NCBI GenBank assembly: GCA_944350425.1
Contig: CALVOX010000002.1
Location: 83,649-147,648 of the forward strand
Reading direction: 5' to 3'
Source of the DNA: an uncultured Bacilli bacterium
Lineage (GTDB): Bacteria; Bacillota_I; Bacilli_A; RFN20; CAG-826
DNA length: 64,000 nucleotides
A program made the translations under genes and the position numbers. Below are positions 10,020 through 19,714 of the stretch, piece after piece (the stretch's first letter is position 1; every line of letters starts with the position of its first letter). The notes under the pieces are model-generated. The model saw nothing but the letters and a program-made list of their open reading frames with translations. It made no database searches and had not been told where the DNA came from.

Positions 10020-12434
10020 TTATAAAGCACTTTTAAAATAATGTCCTCTAGTGTGTTTAGATGGATTAAATGTTTTAATGTTAGAATTAGATTCTAAAAT
10101 AGATTTAAAATTAGTAAGAATAGATTCTACTTCTTCTTTAGATTCATCGCTAAAACATAATCTAAAATAATTGATATGGGAAGAAAAATTAGATATATCA
10201 TCAATTAAGTTTAAGGCTTTAGAATTAAGGATATTCATCGTACAATCATCGTTAAACATTAAACTAAATTTCTCATATTTATCTTTAATAGAATACTTAT
10301 ATTTCTTACAGTTAGGACATAATCCTAAATTATTAAGAATACAATATTTAGTATGCATTAATTTGGTTTTACCATAGATTATTAATTCTACTTTAGGATA
10401 TGTTTTAAATGTATTGTAGTAATTGTTAATAATATTATTTATTCGATCTTTATCTAGTTCTAAAGATAAAGTTACCCTATCTACATTCTTATATGAAAGT
10501 AAATAGGCTAAAGATAAGTAATTAGATACATTAAAAGAAGAATCTAAGATTAACTTAATATCTTTGTTTAAACGATATTTATAAATAGAAGAATAACCAC
10601 CTACTAATATTTCGTTATTATATTCTTCTTTTAATGTATCATAATCTTCATAATATATTTCATTATTTCTTCTTACTATATTCTTAAAATAGATATGTTT
10701 AATATTTAGTTTCTTACATATTTTATATTGTTCGAAGTTAGATACTTCTACTACTATTTCTTTAATGTTATTAGTATTAGTATCATACTTTCTAACTCTA
10801 ATGTTAGAAAGTAAGTTAAGATAATTATTATTATTAAATTTAATAGAACTAGATGTTTTAATTTCTTTATATTCTTCATTTAAAATATATTCTTCTAGTT
10901 TATTTATTACATCTCTTCTAAGTTCATTTAAGTATTTTAAAGGTATAAAGATATTAGAATCTATATCTAGATTAATATTATCTAAAATAAATGGTGTATC
11001 ATTTAATTTTGATAATTGTTTAATAATGTTATCTTTACTAGTTATATTACTTATTGCTTCTTCTACTAAATAATCTTGATGAATAGAAGAACATATTTCT
11101 TTATCTTTATAATTTAAAGATAAAGAAATAGGATGATTAATCCTTGCTTTAAAAGTAAAAGTAATATGTCTTTTATAATACTCTTTTACTTTTAAAGCAT
11201 GTTCTTCTATTTCTTTAATATAACTTACATCTTTAGTTACATATACTTTAGAATTAAGTTTAATATATGATTTATTTTTAGAATTATTCTTAACTAGAAT
11301 TATATTATTCTTAGTTTCTTTAGAACTTAGTATTTCTTTTTTATTAATATCAAATAGTTTTTCGATAAAGATAGATAAATCACTTGTTAGATTAATATTA
11401 GATTCATCTTCAATACGGATTTGATCACCTTTAGCAATATCGTTATCTTTACTATATAGTTTTATTTTGATGAAGTTATTAAAGACGTTAATAACTTCAC
11501 CTACTAGATATCCTTTATTATTTGGTCTAAAGATATTAGCGATATCTTTAGAACTTTCATTAAACATAAAACCTTTAGTAAAGCCACGATTAAATAATTT
11601 ATTTAAGTTGTTTATTAGTAGTTTATTAGTACTAATGTTATTTTTATTATTTAAATTATCTAATAATTTACGATAAATTGATGATATTCCCCCAACATAG
11701 GTAGGTTCTTTCATTCTTCCTTCTATTTTTAAAGATGAGACAAAAGATATATCTTTTAAATATGAAGATATATTTAAATCTTTTAAAGATAATAAATAAC
11801 CACTATTAAGTAGTTTAGAGTTAGTTTCATCGATTAATGTATATATTTGTCTACAACAAGCTGCACATCTTCCTCTATTTCCACTTCTTTCTCCTATAAA
11901 AGAAGAAAATAAACAGTTACCGGAATAAGAAACGCAAAGCGCTCCATGAGCAAATACTTCTAATTCAATATCTACCTTATTATATATATCCTTAATAGTA
12001 TCTAAAGGAGTTTCTCTTGCTAAAACTACTTGACTTACTCCTTCTTCTTTCATTAATTTTGCTCCATAAATATCATCTATTCCCATTTGAGTAGAGGCAT
12101 GAGCTTTAAGAGAAACATAATTAGTAGTGACATATTTAAGTAATATTAAATCATTAACGATAATCGCATCTACTTTCATTTTTGCTAATTCATCTACTAC
12201 TTTAAATGCTTCAATTAATTCTTCATCATAAAGCATAATATTTAACGTAACGTTAATCTTAACGTTACGTAAATGAGCATAATCAACATATTCTTTAAGT
12301 TCTTCTAATTTAAAATTAGAAGCATATGCTCTAGCATTAAACTTATTTATTCCTAAATAAACTGCATTAGCTCCATTACTAATGGCATAAAAGAAAGATT
12401 CTTTAGATCCAGCAGGAAGAAGTAATTCCATCAT
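10020..12434 (-). CDS. Peptidase U32-family Fe-S protein (long form, RlhA-like RNA hydroxylation)
   Basis: ELLLPAGS, GANAVYLG, HASTQ, LARE, HGALCVSYSGNC, NRGRCAACCR, LKIEGRMK and a C-terminal TRGHY. Start likely MMELL at 12434. Confidence 0.85.
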   Translation of the reverse strand: MMELLLPAGSKESFFYAISNGANAVYLGINKFNARAYASNFKLEELKEYVDYAHLRNVKINVTLNIMLYDEELIEAFKVVDELAKMKVDAIIVNDLILLKYVTTNYVSLKAHASTQMGIDDIYGAKLMKEEGVSQVVLARETPLDTIKDIYNKVDIELEVFAHGALCVSYSGNCLFSSFIGERSGNRGRCAACCRQIYTLIDETNSKLLNSGYLLSLKDLNISSYLKDISFVSSLKIEGRMKEPTYVGGISSIYRKLLDNLNNKNNISTNKLLINNLNKLFNRGFTKGFMFNESSKDIANIFRPNNKGYLVGEVINVFNNFIKIKLYSKDNDIAKGDQIRIEDESNINLTSDLSIFIEKLFDINKKEILSSKETKNNIILVKNNSKNKSYIKLNSKVYVTKDVSYIKEIEEHALKVKEYYKRHITFTFKARINHPISLSLNYKDKEICSSIHQDYLVEEAISNITSKDNIIKQLSKLNDTPFILDNINLDIDSNIFIPLKYLNELRRDVINKLEEYILNEEYKEIKTSSSIKFNNNNYLNLLSNIRVRKYDTNTNNIKEIVVEVSNFEQYKICKKLNIKHIYFKNIVRRNNEIYYEDYDTLKEEYNNEILVGGYSSIYKYRLNKDIKLILDSSFNVSNYLSLAYLLSYKNVDRVTLSLELDKDRINNIINNYYNTFKTYPKVELIIYGKTKLMHTKYCILNNLGLCPNCKKYKYSIKDKYEKFSLMFNDDCTMNILNSKALNLIDDISNFSSHINYFRLCFSDESKEEVESILTNFKSILESNSNIKTFNPSKHTRGHYFKSAL

Positions 12435-12644
12435 ATAAATTGATTTTATCATAGTTAGATTTAAGAATTAACATTTAAAATATTCATCTAATATTGTTCT
12501 TCCAAAGTTTCTACTTTTAATATCAACTTCTTTATAGTTTCTAGAATAAGAAGGATAATTTTCACTAATAAATTCTGAAATATAGATTATATCTGATGTA
12601 TCATTTCCTTTTGATTCATGAAAATTGCAATATAAATTTCGACT

Positions 12645-12996
12645 TTTTTAGATATGGACTCGAAAAATAAAGCTGTTTTGATAATTTGTGGTTTGCCAAA
12701 TTAAAAGCAAATACTTGAGCTAAACATTCATGAACCATTAAATCAAAGAATAACTGCTAAAGTGAATTTGAAGAGTTGACTAAAGAGGAGAAAAAATTAC
12801 ATTGAATCAAAAATTATAAGTGCAGGATTAAATTTAAACTTTTTTGACCTAATGCTATCCAGGCAGTTATAAATGGTTCAGAAAGTATTCCTCGAATAAT
12901 CGATAAAATTCTTGATATGCCAATTATATTAGGAGATAAACTAAATTTAACGATTTTCTTTCAAGATTTAGTTAAAAAGGTAACTAAGAGTATTTA
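12645..12996 (+). pseudogene. Remnant of an ExeA-like AAA ATPase (transposon helper type)
   Basis: Broken frames give DMDSKNKAVLIICGLP*..LNIHEPLNQRI / EELTKEE / NYIESKIISAG / NAIQAVINGSESIPRIIDKI. This resembles the C-terminal half of ExeA-family ATPases that partner DDE transposases. Confidence 0.65.
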
Positions 12997-13014
12997 AATA
13001 AATTGAATAAAAAA

Positions 13015-13590
13015 GCATCAAATAAAAGAAAAATTTCTCATCATTTTAAATGACGAGCATTTCCTCATTTTCTTTGAATATTATTTCTTTATTTAATTTG
13101 GAAAGTAACAAAATATCTTCATTTCGAATAATTAAAAATTCTTCAAAATCTAATGGATGCCTTTTAATATGTTCTTCTTCACTAGGGATAAGAATATCTT
13201 TTACATTTCTATTTATACTAATTAAACTTCCAATTTCAATATAGTCGTATCTTCCATCTTCAACTAATTCTTTAATTGCTTATCTAGCTCTAGGAAAAAG
13301 TTGAATTTCATCGAAAATAATTAACAAATTCTTTTATATAATCTTTTACCTGAAATTGTCATTAATGTTTGAAAAAAACAATCTAAATTAGGAAGTTCAT
13401 TAAAAGCACTACTTGCATTAAAAAAATCTTTCTCAAAATTTAAAATAATATAGGATTTTATTCTTTCCTTCCAAATTCTTCAACAATTGTTGATATGCCA
13501 ATTCTTCAAGCACCTTCAATTAATAAAGCACTACCTCCATTTCTTGGCTTGAATTCTAATAGTTTTTTATAGATTTTTCTTTAAAAAATA
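13015..13590 (-). pseudogene. Decayed AAA_14/DUF4143 ATP-binding protein (5' part)
   Basis: RKIYKKLLEF..SALLIEGA*RIGISTIVEEFG, IIFDEIQLFPRAR*AIKELVEDGRYDYIEIGSLISI..DILIPSEEEHI..HPLDFEEFL, with stops and frameshifts. Confidence 0.85.
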
Positions 13591-13655
13591 GTCTGTATAG
13601 TTAAATTATATCGATATTTATCGTTATTTTCAATTTATGAATATAGGAAAAAAAT

Positions 13656-13768
13656 AAATTCCGACAACTAAAATATTGCAAAAACTTTAAATCCCGATAA
13701 CTAAAATCGAGTTAAAACTATAAGTTCCGACAGTTTCAAAACAGCTATTTAACTAAATTTTGACAAGT
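13656..13768. repeat. Degenerate 33-bp-period tandem motif (core AAATTCCGACA)
   Basis: Cores at 13656, 13689, 13722 and 13755: AAATTCCGACAAC, AAATCCCGATAAC, AAGTTCCGACAGT, AAATTTTGACAAG. Confidence 0.75.
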
Positions 13769-13793
13769 ATTTGAGTTATATTAAACCTAGTAC

Positions 13794-13873
13794 TAGTGAA
13801 AGATTTTTCATATTTAAGTAAAATCTTTCAGTATAGTGAATAATTTTAGTTGATTTTGTAAAATCTTTCACTA
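13794..13873. promoter_or_regulatory. Two tandem 40-bp palindromic operators TAGTGAAAGATTTT-N12-AAAATCTTTCACTA
   Basis: Half-sites at 13794, 13820, 13834 and 13860. They overlap a TTGATT/TAAAAT promoter candidate for the gene at 13895. Confidence 0.75.
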
Positions 13874-13894
13874 AAATAATAATAGAGGTTATTT

Positions 13895-15079
13895 ATGATA
13901 CTTAGAGAACATTATTTATCTAAAATAAGGGGATTCTATGATTCTGATTTAATTAAGATTATTGTGGGAATTAGAAGATGTGGGAAATCTATAATTTTAG
14001 AGCAAATTAGAGATGAACTTAAAAAGAAAACCGACAAAATATTATATTTAAATCTAGAAGATTATGATTTAGAAGAAAAGATTAAAGATGCTCGTTCATT
14101 ATTAGATTATATCAACGAACATAAAAAAGAAGGAAGAAACTACATCTTTTTAGATGAAGTTCAAAACATTAATGATTGGGCTAAAGCATGTAGATCTTTA
14201 AGACTTGAACATTCTTTATTTATTACTGGATCTAATTCTAAACTTCTATCTAGAGAATTTACTAAAGAATTAAGTGGAAGATATGTTTCTTTTCGTATTA
14301 AACCTTTTGTATATAAAGAAATTAAAGAATACGCTAAAGAATTAAATAAAGAAGTAAGTATCGAAGATTATTTAACATATGGTGGTTTCCCAGCAATGTT
14401 TAACTATAACACTAAAGAAGAACAAAAAGAATATTTAATTAATTTAAATGAAACCATCATTTTTAATGACCTTATTAATCGATACCGTATTAGAAAAGTA
14501 GATATCTTTAAAAGAATAGCTAATTTTATTTTTAGGTCTAATGCTAGAATCTATTCTGTTTCTTCCATTCATAAATTTTTAAACAATCAAGATATAACTT
14601 GTTCGGTTAATACCATAATGAAATATCTATCCTATTTAGAAGAAGCTTATGCTATTAATTCAATTAGTCCATATGATACAAAAATAAAAAGAGAATTACT
14701 TTATTATAAGAAAATATATGATGAAGATGTTTCTTTTAATACCATTAGAGCTAGTGTAGATTCAATAGATGTAACTCATAATCTAGAAAATATTGTCTAT
14801 AACGAACTAATTTATATGAGCTATGAACTTTATGTTTATACTAATAAAAACGGTAATGAAGTAGACTTTTTTGCATATAAAGATAATAAAAAGTATTACA
14901 TTCAAGTTTGTTATACTTTAGTTGATGAAAAAACTAGAGAAAGAGAGTTTAAACCGTTTAAAGAATTAGATAATGATTGTGGAAAAATAATTATCACTTA
15001 TAATGATCCAATAAATTGGTCGAACGTTAATGTTAGACACCTTAATTTAAAAGAATTCTTACTTTTAGAAGATTTATAA
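13895..15079 (+). CDS. AAA_14/DUF4143 ATP-binding protein
   Basis: GIRRCGKS, FLDEVQ, ITGSNS, LSGRY, YGGFP, LENIVYNEL, EVDF..YIQV. Confidence 0.9.
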   Translation: MILREHYLSKIRGFYDSDLIKIIVGIRRCGKSIILEQIRDELKKKTDKILYLNLEDYDLEEKIKDARSLLDYINEHKKEGRNYIFLDEVQNINDWAKACRSLRLEHSLFITGSNSKLLSREFTKELSGRYVSFRIKPFVYKEIKEYAKELNKEVSIEDYLTYGGFPAMFNYNTKEEQKEYLINLNETIIFNDLINRYRIRKVDIFKRIANFIFRSNARIYSVSSIHKFLNNQDITCSVNTIMKYLSYLEEAYAINSISPYDTKIKRELLYYKKIYDEDVSFNTIRASVDSIDVTHNLENIVYNELIYMSYELYVYTNKNGNEVDFFAYKDNKKYYIQVCYTLVDEKTREREFKPFKELDNDCGKIIITYNDPINWSNVNVRHLNLKEFLLLEDL

Positions 15080-15192
15080 GATATATTTAATAAGGACATT
15101 AGCCCTATAAAATGTAAAAATAACAATTTATTCGGTATAAAAATTGTAATTATATTGATAAATGTTATTAATTTATTAGATTTTATTAAGTT

Positions 15193-16365
15193 TTAAAGTT
15201 TATTAACTTCTACTTTTCCATTTAATATTACAAGTAAAACATGCGAATCATAACTTAATGGATCTTTAGAATAAATAACAATATCGGCATCTTTACCTTC
15301 TTTAATAGAACCTACAATATGATCTAAGCCAACAATTTTAGCAGCATTAATTGTATTTGCTTTTAAAGCTTCTAAATAGTCTAATCCAGCTTTAACAAAT
15401 AAACCTGTTTGAGCTAAAGTTGTATCTAAAGTAATAACTGGATGATCTGACATAAAGGCAAAAGGAATATTAAATTCATGTAATACTTTTGCAGAAAGAA
15501 AAGATTTTGCTTTTAATTCATATTTAGATTTTTCGCCTAATGTCGGTCCTAAAATACATTTAACTTTATGTTCTTTTAAAAATTCTGGTATTAAATAACC
15601 TTCTGTAGCATGTTCAATTGTATAATCTAGATTAAATTCTTCGCTAATTTTAACAGCAGTAACTATATCATCAGCTTGATGAGCATGAATTTTAACTTTA
15701 AGCCCTTCAAATACTCTTTTAAGTGATTCCCATTTTTGATTATAAGTAGGTTTACTTACATCTTTTCCTTCAGCAATATCTTTATAATATTTATCCTATG
15801 TTTCTTTATATATTTTTGCTTCTTTTAAAGCATTTCTTAAAATAGCAGCATTAGCCATTCTAGTTGAAGGACCTTTATCTTTATAACATCTTTTAGGATT
15901 TTCTCCTAAAGCCATTTTCATGGCTAGTTCTTCTTTTATTAACAAATCAAAAACAGTTTTACCTTTAGTTTTTAAGGCACAAAAAGTTCCTCCAATAATA
16001 TTAGCACTTCCTGGACCAGTACAAACTGTAGTAACACCATTTTCTAAAGCTTCTTTAAAACTTTCATCATGAGGTTTAATTGATTCAATACCTTTTAGTT
16101 CTGGAGTTATAGGGTTAGTAATTTCATTAGTATCTTCTCCTGCCCAGCCATAAACTTGTTCCATCATACCAATATGGCAGTGTGGATCAACAATTCCTGG
16201 CATTACAAATAAGTTTTTAGCATATATAACACTAGCTTCACTATATTTTAAACTTAAATCTTCTTTACTTACTTCTACTATCTTTTTTCCTTCAATTGCA
16301 ATAGAACCAAGTTCATTATTTATTTCTTCCATTGTCCATAAATTAGCATTTTTAATTACAATCAT
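15193..16365 (-). pseudogene. Amidohydrolase-family protein split by one in-frame TAG (15796-15798)
   Basis: PGIVDPHCH, KMALGENPKR, then in the same frame after TAG: KIHAHQADD, EHATEG, SDHPV, GSIKEGKDAD. Confidence 0.85.
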
Positions 16366-16516
16366 ATTTATTTATCCTCTTTTTTTAAATTAACTTAAAT
16401 TATACTAGGCATATTTATTCTTTGTTCTATAAATAATATGAAATACTAATTTCATATTAATAAAAAAGAAATAAATAATATTATAAAACTATAGCAATAA
16501 ATATATCTTATTCATG

Positions 16517-16564
16517 AGTTAATGATACTTTTTTAATGTTTTACTTAAAAAAGTATCATTAACT
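16517..16564. terminator. 20-bp perfect-stem hairpin downstream of mgtA
   Basis: AGTTAATGATACTTTTTTAA-N8-TTAAAAAAGTATCATTAACT. Confidence 0.6.
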
Positions 16565-16635
16565 AATATATTTCCTTTAATATAAATTAATTATTTTTAT
16601 TCTTTAGTTAAGTTAAAAGAATAACTTAATAGCTA

Positions 16636-19503
16636 CTATAAAAGTCTACCATATTTCTTTTTATATACGTATTTAGCAACAAAAGTAAGTAAAGAATAAA
16701 TTAAGATAAATAGAACTAAGAAAGCAATAAATAAAGGATCAATAGAGATTAAATCAAAGAATGTATTAACTTTAGGAATAAAGATTACAAGTATTCCAAT
16801 TAAACAAGAAATTATAATACCTAAAGTTAATGTTAATGATGGAAATGATTTAATAAATGGTAATTTTTCAGTTCTAAGGAATCCATATACAACGTTTTGA
16901 GTAATTAATGATTCTAAGAAGAATCCTGTTTGAAAAATCATCATAAATTTAAGATAACTTGGATCAGTTAGACTCCAATTAAAGTTAAATTGACTTCCAA
17001 CCATCATTGGACAAATTAAATACATAAGTAAAGCAAAAGTCATCATATCAACTAAAGATGATATTGGACCAAAAGTAAACATAAAGTCTCTAATTTGCTT
17101 AGTATCAAAGTTTAATGGTTTTTTAAGTTGTTCTTCATCTACTTTATCAAAAGGAATTAATGAACAAGATACATCAGTAATTAAATCAAGCATAATAATA
17201 TGTAATGCTTTCATTGGAATAAAAGGAATCCAAATAGCTCCAATACATTGAGAGATCATATTACCAAAATTAGAAGAAGTTTGCCCTTTTAAATATTTCA
17301 TCATATTAATATATGATTTTCTTCCTTCAATAATTCCATCTTTAAGTACTTCTAAATTTTCTTCAGTTAAAATAACATCTGAGGCTTCTTTTGCAATATC
17401 TGTTCCTTCTTTAAAAGAAATACCTACATCTGCTAACTTAAGAGAAGGGGCATCATTAATACCATCTCCCATAAATCCAACAGTATGATTATATTTATTT
17501 TCTTTTAAAGCTTTAATAATTCGATATTTATCATCTGGAGTTAATTTGTAGAATAAGTTATATTTTTCAACTTCTTCTTTTAATAATTCATCATCTATTT
17601 TAGAAAGTTCTTCACTACTTAAAGTTTTAACGTTTTTTAATAATTTAGAAGCTACATTATATGAAGCTTCTAAATTATCACCAGTTAAAACTTTAATGTT
17701 TACTCCATATTCTAGTAAAGATGATATTGCTTCTTTAGCATTCTTTTTAATTTTATCTTCAAAAGATAGATATCCAATAAATGTAAGATTAGATTCATCG
17801 TTTAGACTAATAGTAGTCATATCTTTATTATCGTATTCTTTTATTCCTAATAAGATTACTCTTTTACCTTTAGATTCTTCTTCTTTTACTTTAGTTAAGA
17901 TCTTCTCTTTTAAATCATCATTAATATCAATAATCTTATTATCATCTATTTTAACTTTAGTAATTACTTCCGTCATCTTAGATGATTGACCTTTAGTAAT
18001 TAAAATAACTTTATTAGTATTATTTTCTTTTACTAATATTGATAACCTTTTTCTTATAAAATCAAATGGTATTTCATCTAACTTAAAGTAGTTAGATGAA
18101 ATATCTAAGATGTTATCTAAATGAATATTATTTTCATTTACATAACTAATTAAGGCTTTATCAATTGATGATTTAATTCCACTTTGAAAGTAAGAATTTA
18201 AATAACACATTTTAAGTATATCTAAATTATCAAAGTTATTATTAATATCAAAATATTCATCTAGTTTAGATTCTAGTTCAGTTAATGTACCAGTTTTATC
18301 AGTACATAATATATCCATTGCTCCAAAGTTTTGAATAGTATTAATATCTTTTACAATTACTTTCTTTTTCGACATATTATATGCCCCTTTAGCAAGATTA
18401 GAAGCTACTTGCATTGGAAGAAGAGAAGGTACTAAACCAATTGCAACACTTAAAGCAAAGACTAAACCTTCAATCCATCTTGATAAATCTAAAGGATTAG
18501 AAGTAGTTAACCCACTACTTGTAAAACGTATTCCAAATCCATCAAGTAAAAATACTAAAGGAAACATAATAAGTAAGAAAGATAAAAGCATCTTTGATAC
18601 ACTACTAATTCCTTTTTCAAATGCAGTTTTTTCTTTTTTAGTAACTACTTTTTTAGCTAAACTACCAAAGACTGTATTTTCTCCAACGCTAATAACTATT
18701 CCTAAAGCATATCCACTAATAACGCTACTTCCACGATAAACAATATTTTTTAAATCAAAGATTGATTTCTTACTTAAATCACCTTCTTCTTTACTTGCAT
18801 GTTTTTCTTTAGCTTCATTTTCTCCGGTTAAAGCTACTTGGTTAACAAATAAATCTTTTGATTCAATTATTTTAATATCACTTGGAAGCATATCACCAGC
18901 ACTAAGATAAACTAGATCATTTTTAACAATATCTTTGTTTGATACTTCTACTTTCTTAGAGTCTCTAAGCAAAGTAGAAGTATTCTCACTTAATTTATTT
19001 AAAGCTTTAGCACTTCTTTTTGATTTAATACTTTGATAAAAAGATACTCCTCCACTAAGTAAGATGATAATAAGTAAGATTAATGGAGTAAAATACCAAG
19101 TATTTTTTTCTTCAATTGATGAAGGAAAAAAGTAAGAAACTACTCCTGATATACTTCCTACTACTAATAAAATTAAAGTAAATGGGGTAAAGAAAGATTT
19201 AAGTAAAGTTAACATTAAAGAATCTTCTTTAACTTTACTTAATTCATTACTACCATATTTAATTCTTAAATCTAAGAGATTTGATTCATCTAATCCTTTA
19301 GATGAATCAATGTTAACTTTTCTTAAATACTCTTTGGGAGTTAACTTAGCGCAATCAAGAATATAAGTATTTCGTTCATTATTTATTTTTGACTCCAATA
19401 AGTTAACTTCTTTATTTCTTTCATTTCTTTTAATCTTTTTATCATTATTCATATGATTAGTTAATGATAAATCATCATATCTTTTATTTCTTTTGATTTT
19501 CAT
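16636..19503 (-). CDS. mgtA: Mg2+-translocating P-type ATPase
   Basis: LTGE, DILCTDKTGTLT, DEIPFDFIRKR, TGD, GDGINDAP, SSNFGNM, FQTGFFLES. Confidence 0.85.
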   Translation of the reverse strand: MKIKRNKRYDDLSLTNHMNNDKKIKRNERNKEVNLLESKINNERNTYILDCAKLTPKEYLRKVNIDSSKGLDESNLLDLRIKYGSNELSKVKEDSLMLTLLKSFFTPFTLILLVVGSISGVVSYFFPSSIEEKNTWYFTPLILLIIILLSGGVSFYQSIKSKRSAKALNKLSENTSTLLRDSKKVEVSNKDIVKNDLVYLSAGDMLPSDIKIIESKDLFVNQVALTGENEAKEKHASKEEGDLSKKSIFDLKNIVYRGSSVISGYALGIVISVGENTVFGSLAKKVVTKKEKTAFEKGISSVSKMLLSFLLIMFPLVFLLDGFGIRFTSSGLTTSNPLDLSRWIEGLVFALSVAIGLVPSLLPMQVASNLAKGAYNMSKKKVIVKDINTIQNFGAMDILCTDKTGTLTELESKLDEYFDINNNFDNLDILKMCYLNSYFQSGIKSSIDKALISYVNENNIHLDNILDISSNYFKLDEIPFDFIRKRLSILVKENNTNKVILITKGQSSKMTEVITKVKIDDNKIIDINDDLKEKILTKVKEEESKGKRVILLGIKEYDNKDMTTISLNDESNLTFIGYLSFEDKIKKNAKEAISSLLEYGVNIKVLTGDNLEASYNVASKLLKNVKTLSSEELSKIDDELLKEEVEKYNLFYKLTPDDKYRIIKALKENKYNHTVGFMGDGINDAPSLKLADVGISFKEGTDIAKEASDVILTEENLEVLKDGIIEGRKSYINMMKYLKGQTSSNFGNMISQCIGAIWIPFIPMKALHIIMLDLITDVSCSLIPFDKVDEEQLKKPLNFDTKQIRDFMFTFGPISSLVDMMTFALLMYLICPMMVGSQFNFNWSLTDPSYLKFMMIFQTGFFLESLITQNVVYGFLRTEKLPFIKSFPSLTLTLGIIISCLIGILVIFIPKVNTFFDLISIDPLFIAFLVLFILIYSLLTFVAKYVYKKKYGRLL

Positions 19504-19648
19504 TTAATATGACCTCCTATAAATTAAACATATAAAAGTAACAATATAAATATATTTAATAATACTTATCTAAACTATGTTAATTTTTATCTCGTTAATA
19601 ATACTAGATTAATATTAAAATGCAAAGAAAAAGATAATAATATATTCT

Positions 19649-19682
19649 AAAAAGAGATTACTACTGATTAGTAATCTCTTTT
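19649..19682 (-). terminator. Intrinsic terminator after the subtilase-lipoprotein operon
   Basis: AAAAGAGATTACTA-N5-TAGTAATCTCTTTT. Confidence 0.7.
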
Positions 19683-19714
19683 GTAGATAAATAATTAATA
19701 TAATAGTATTAATA

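Noticed and set aside
8437-10155. Diversity-generating retroelement TR/VR pair
   Set aside because: Mismatches are not adenine-specific, several are synonymous, and there is no reverse transcriptase in the window.
13656-13873. CRISPR array
   Set aside because: The repeats are short and degenerate with 33- or 40-bp periods, there are no proper unique spacers, and no cas genes are nearby.
15796-15798. Genome-wide TAG recoding or pyrrolysine
   Set aside because: TAG is the normal stop of atpD, polC, the EF-G paralog and the GT4 gene. There is only one case, and no pyl genes or CUA tRNA in the window.
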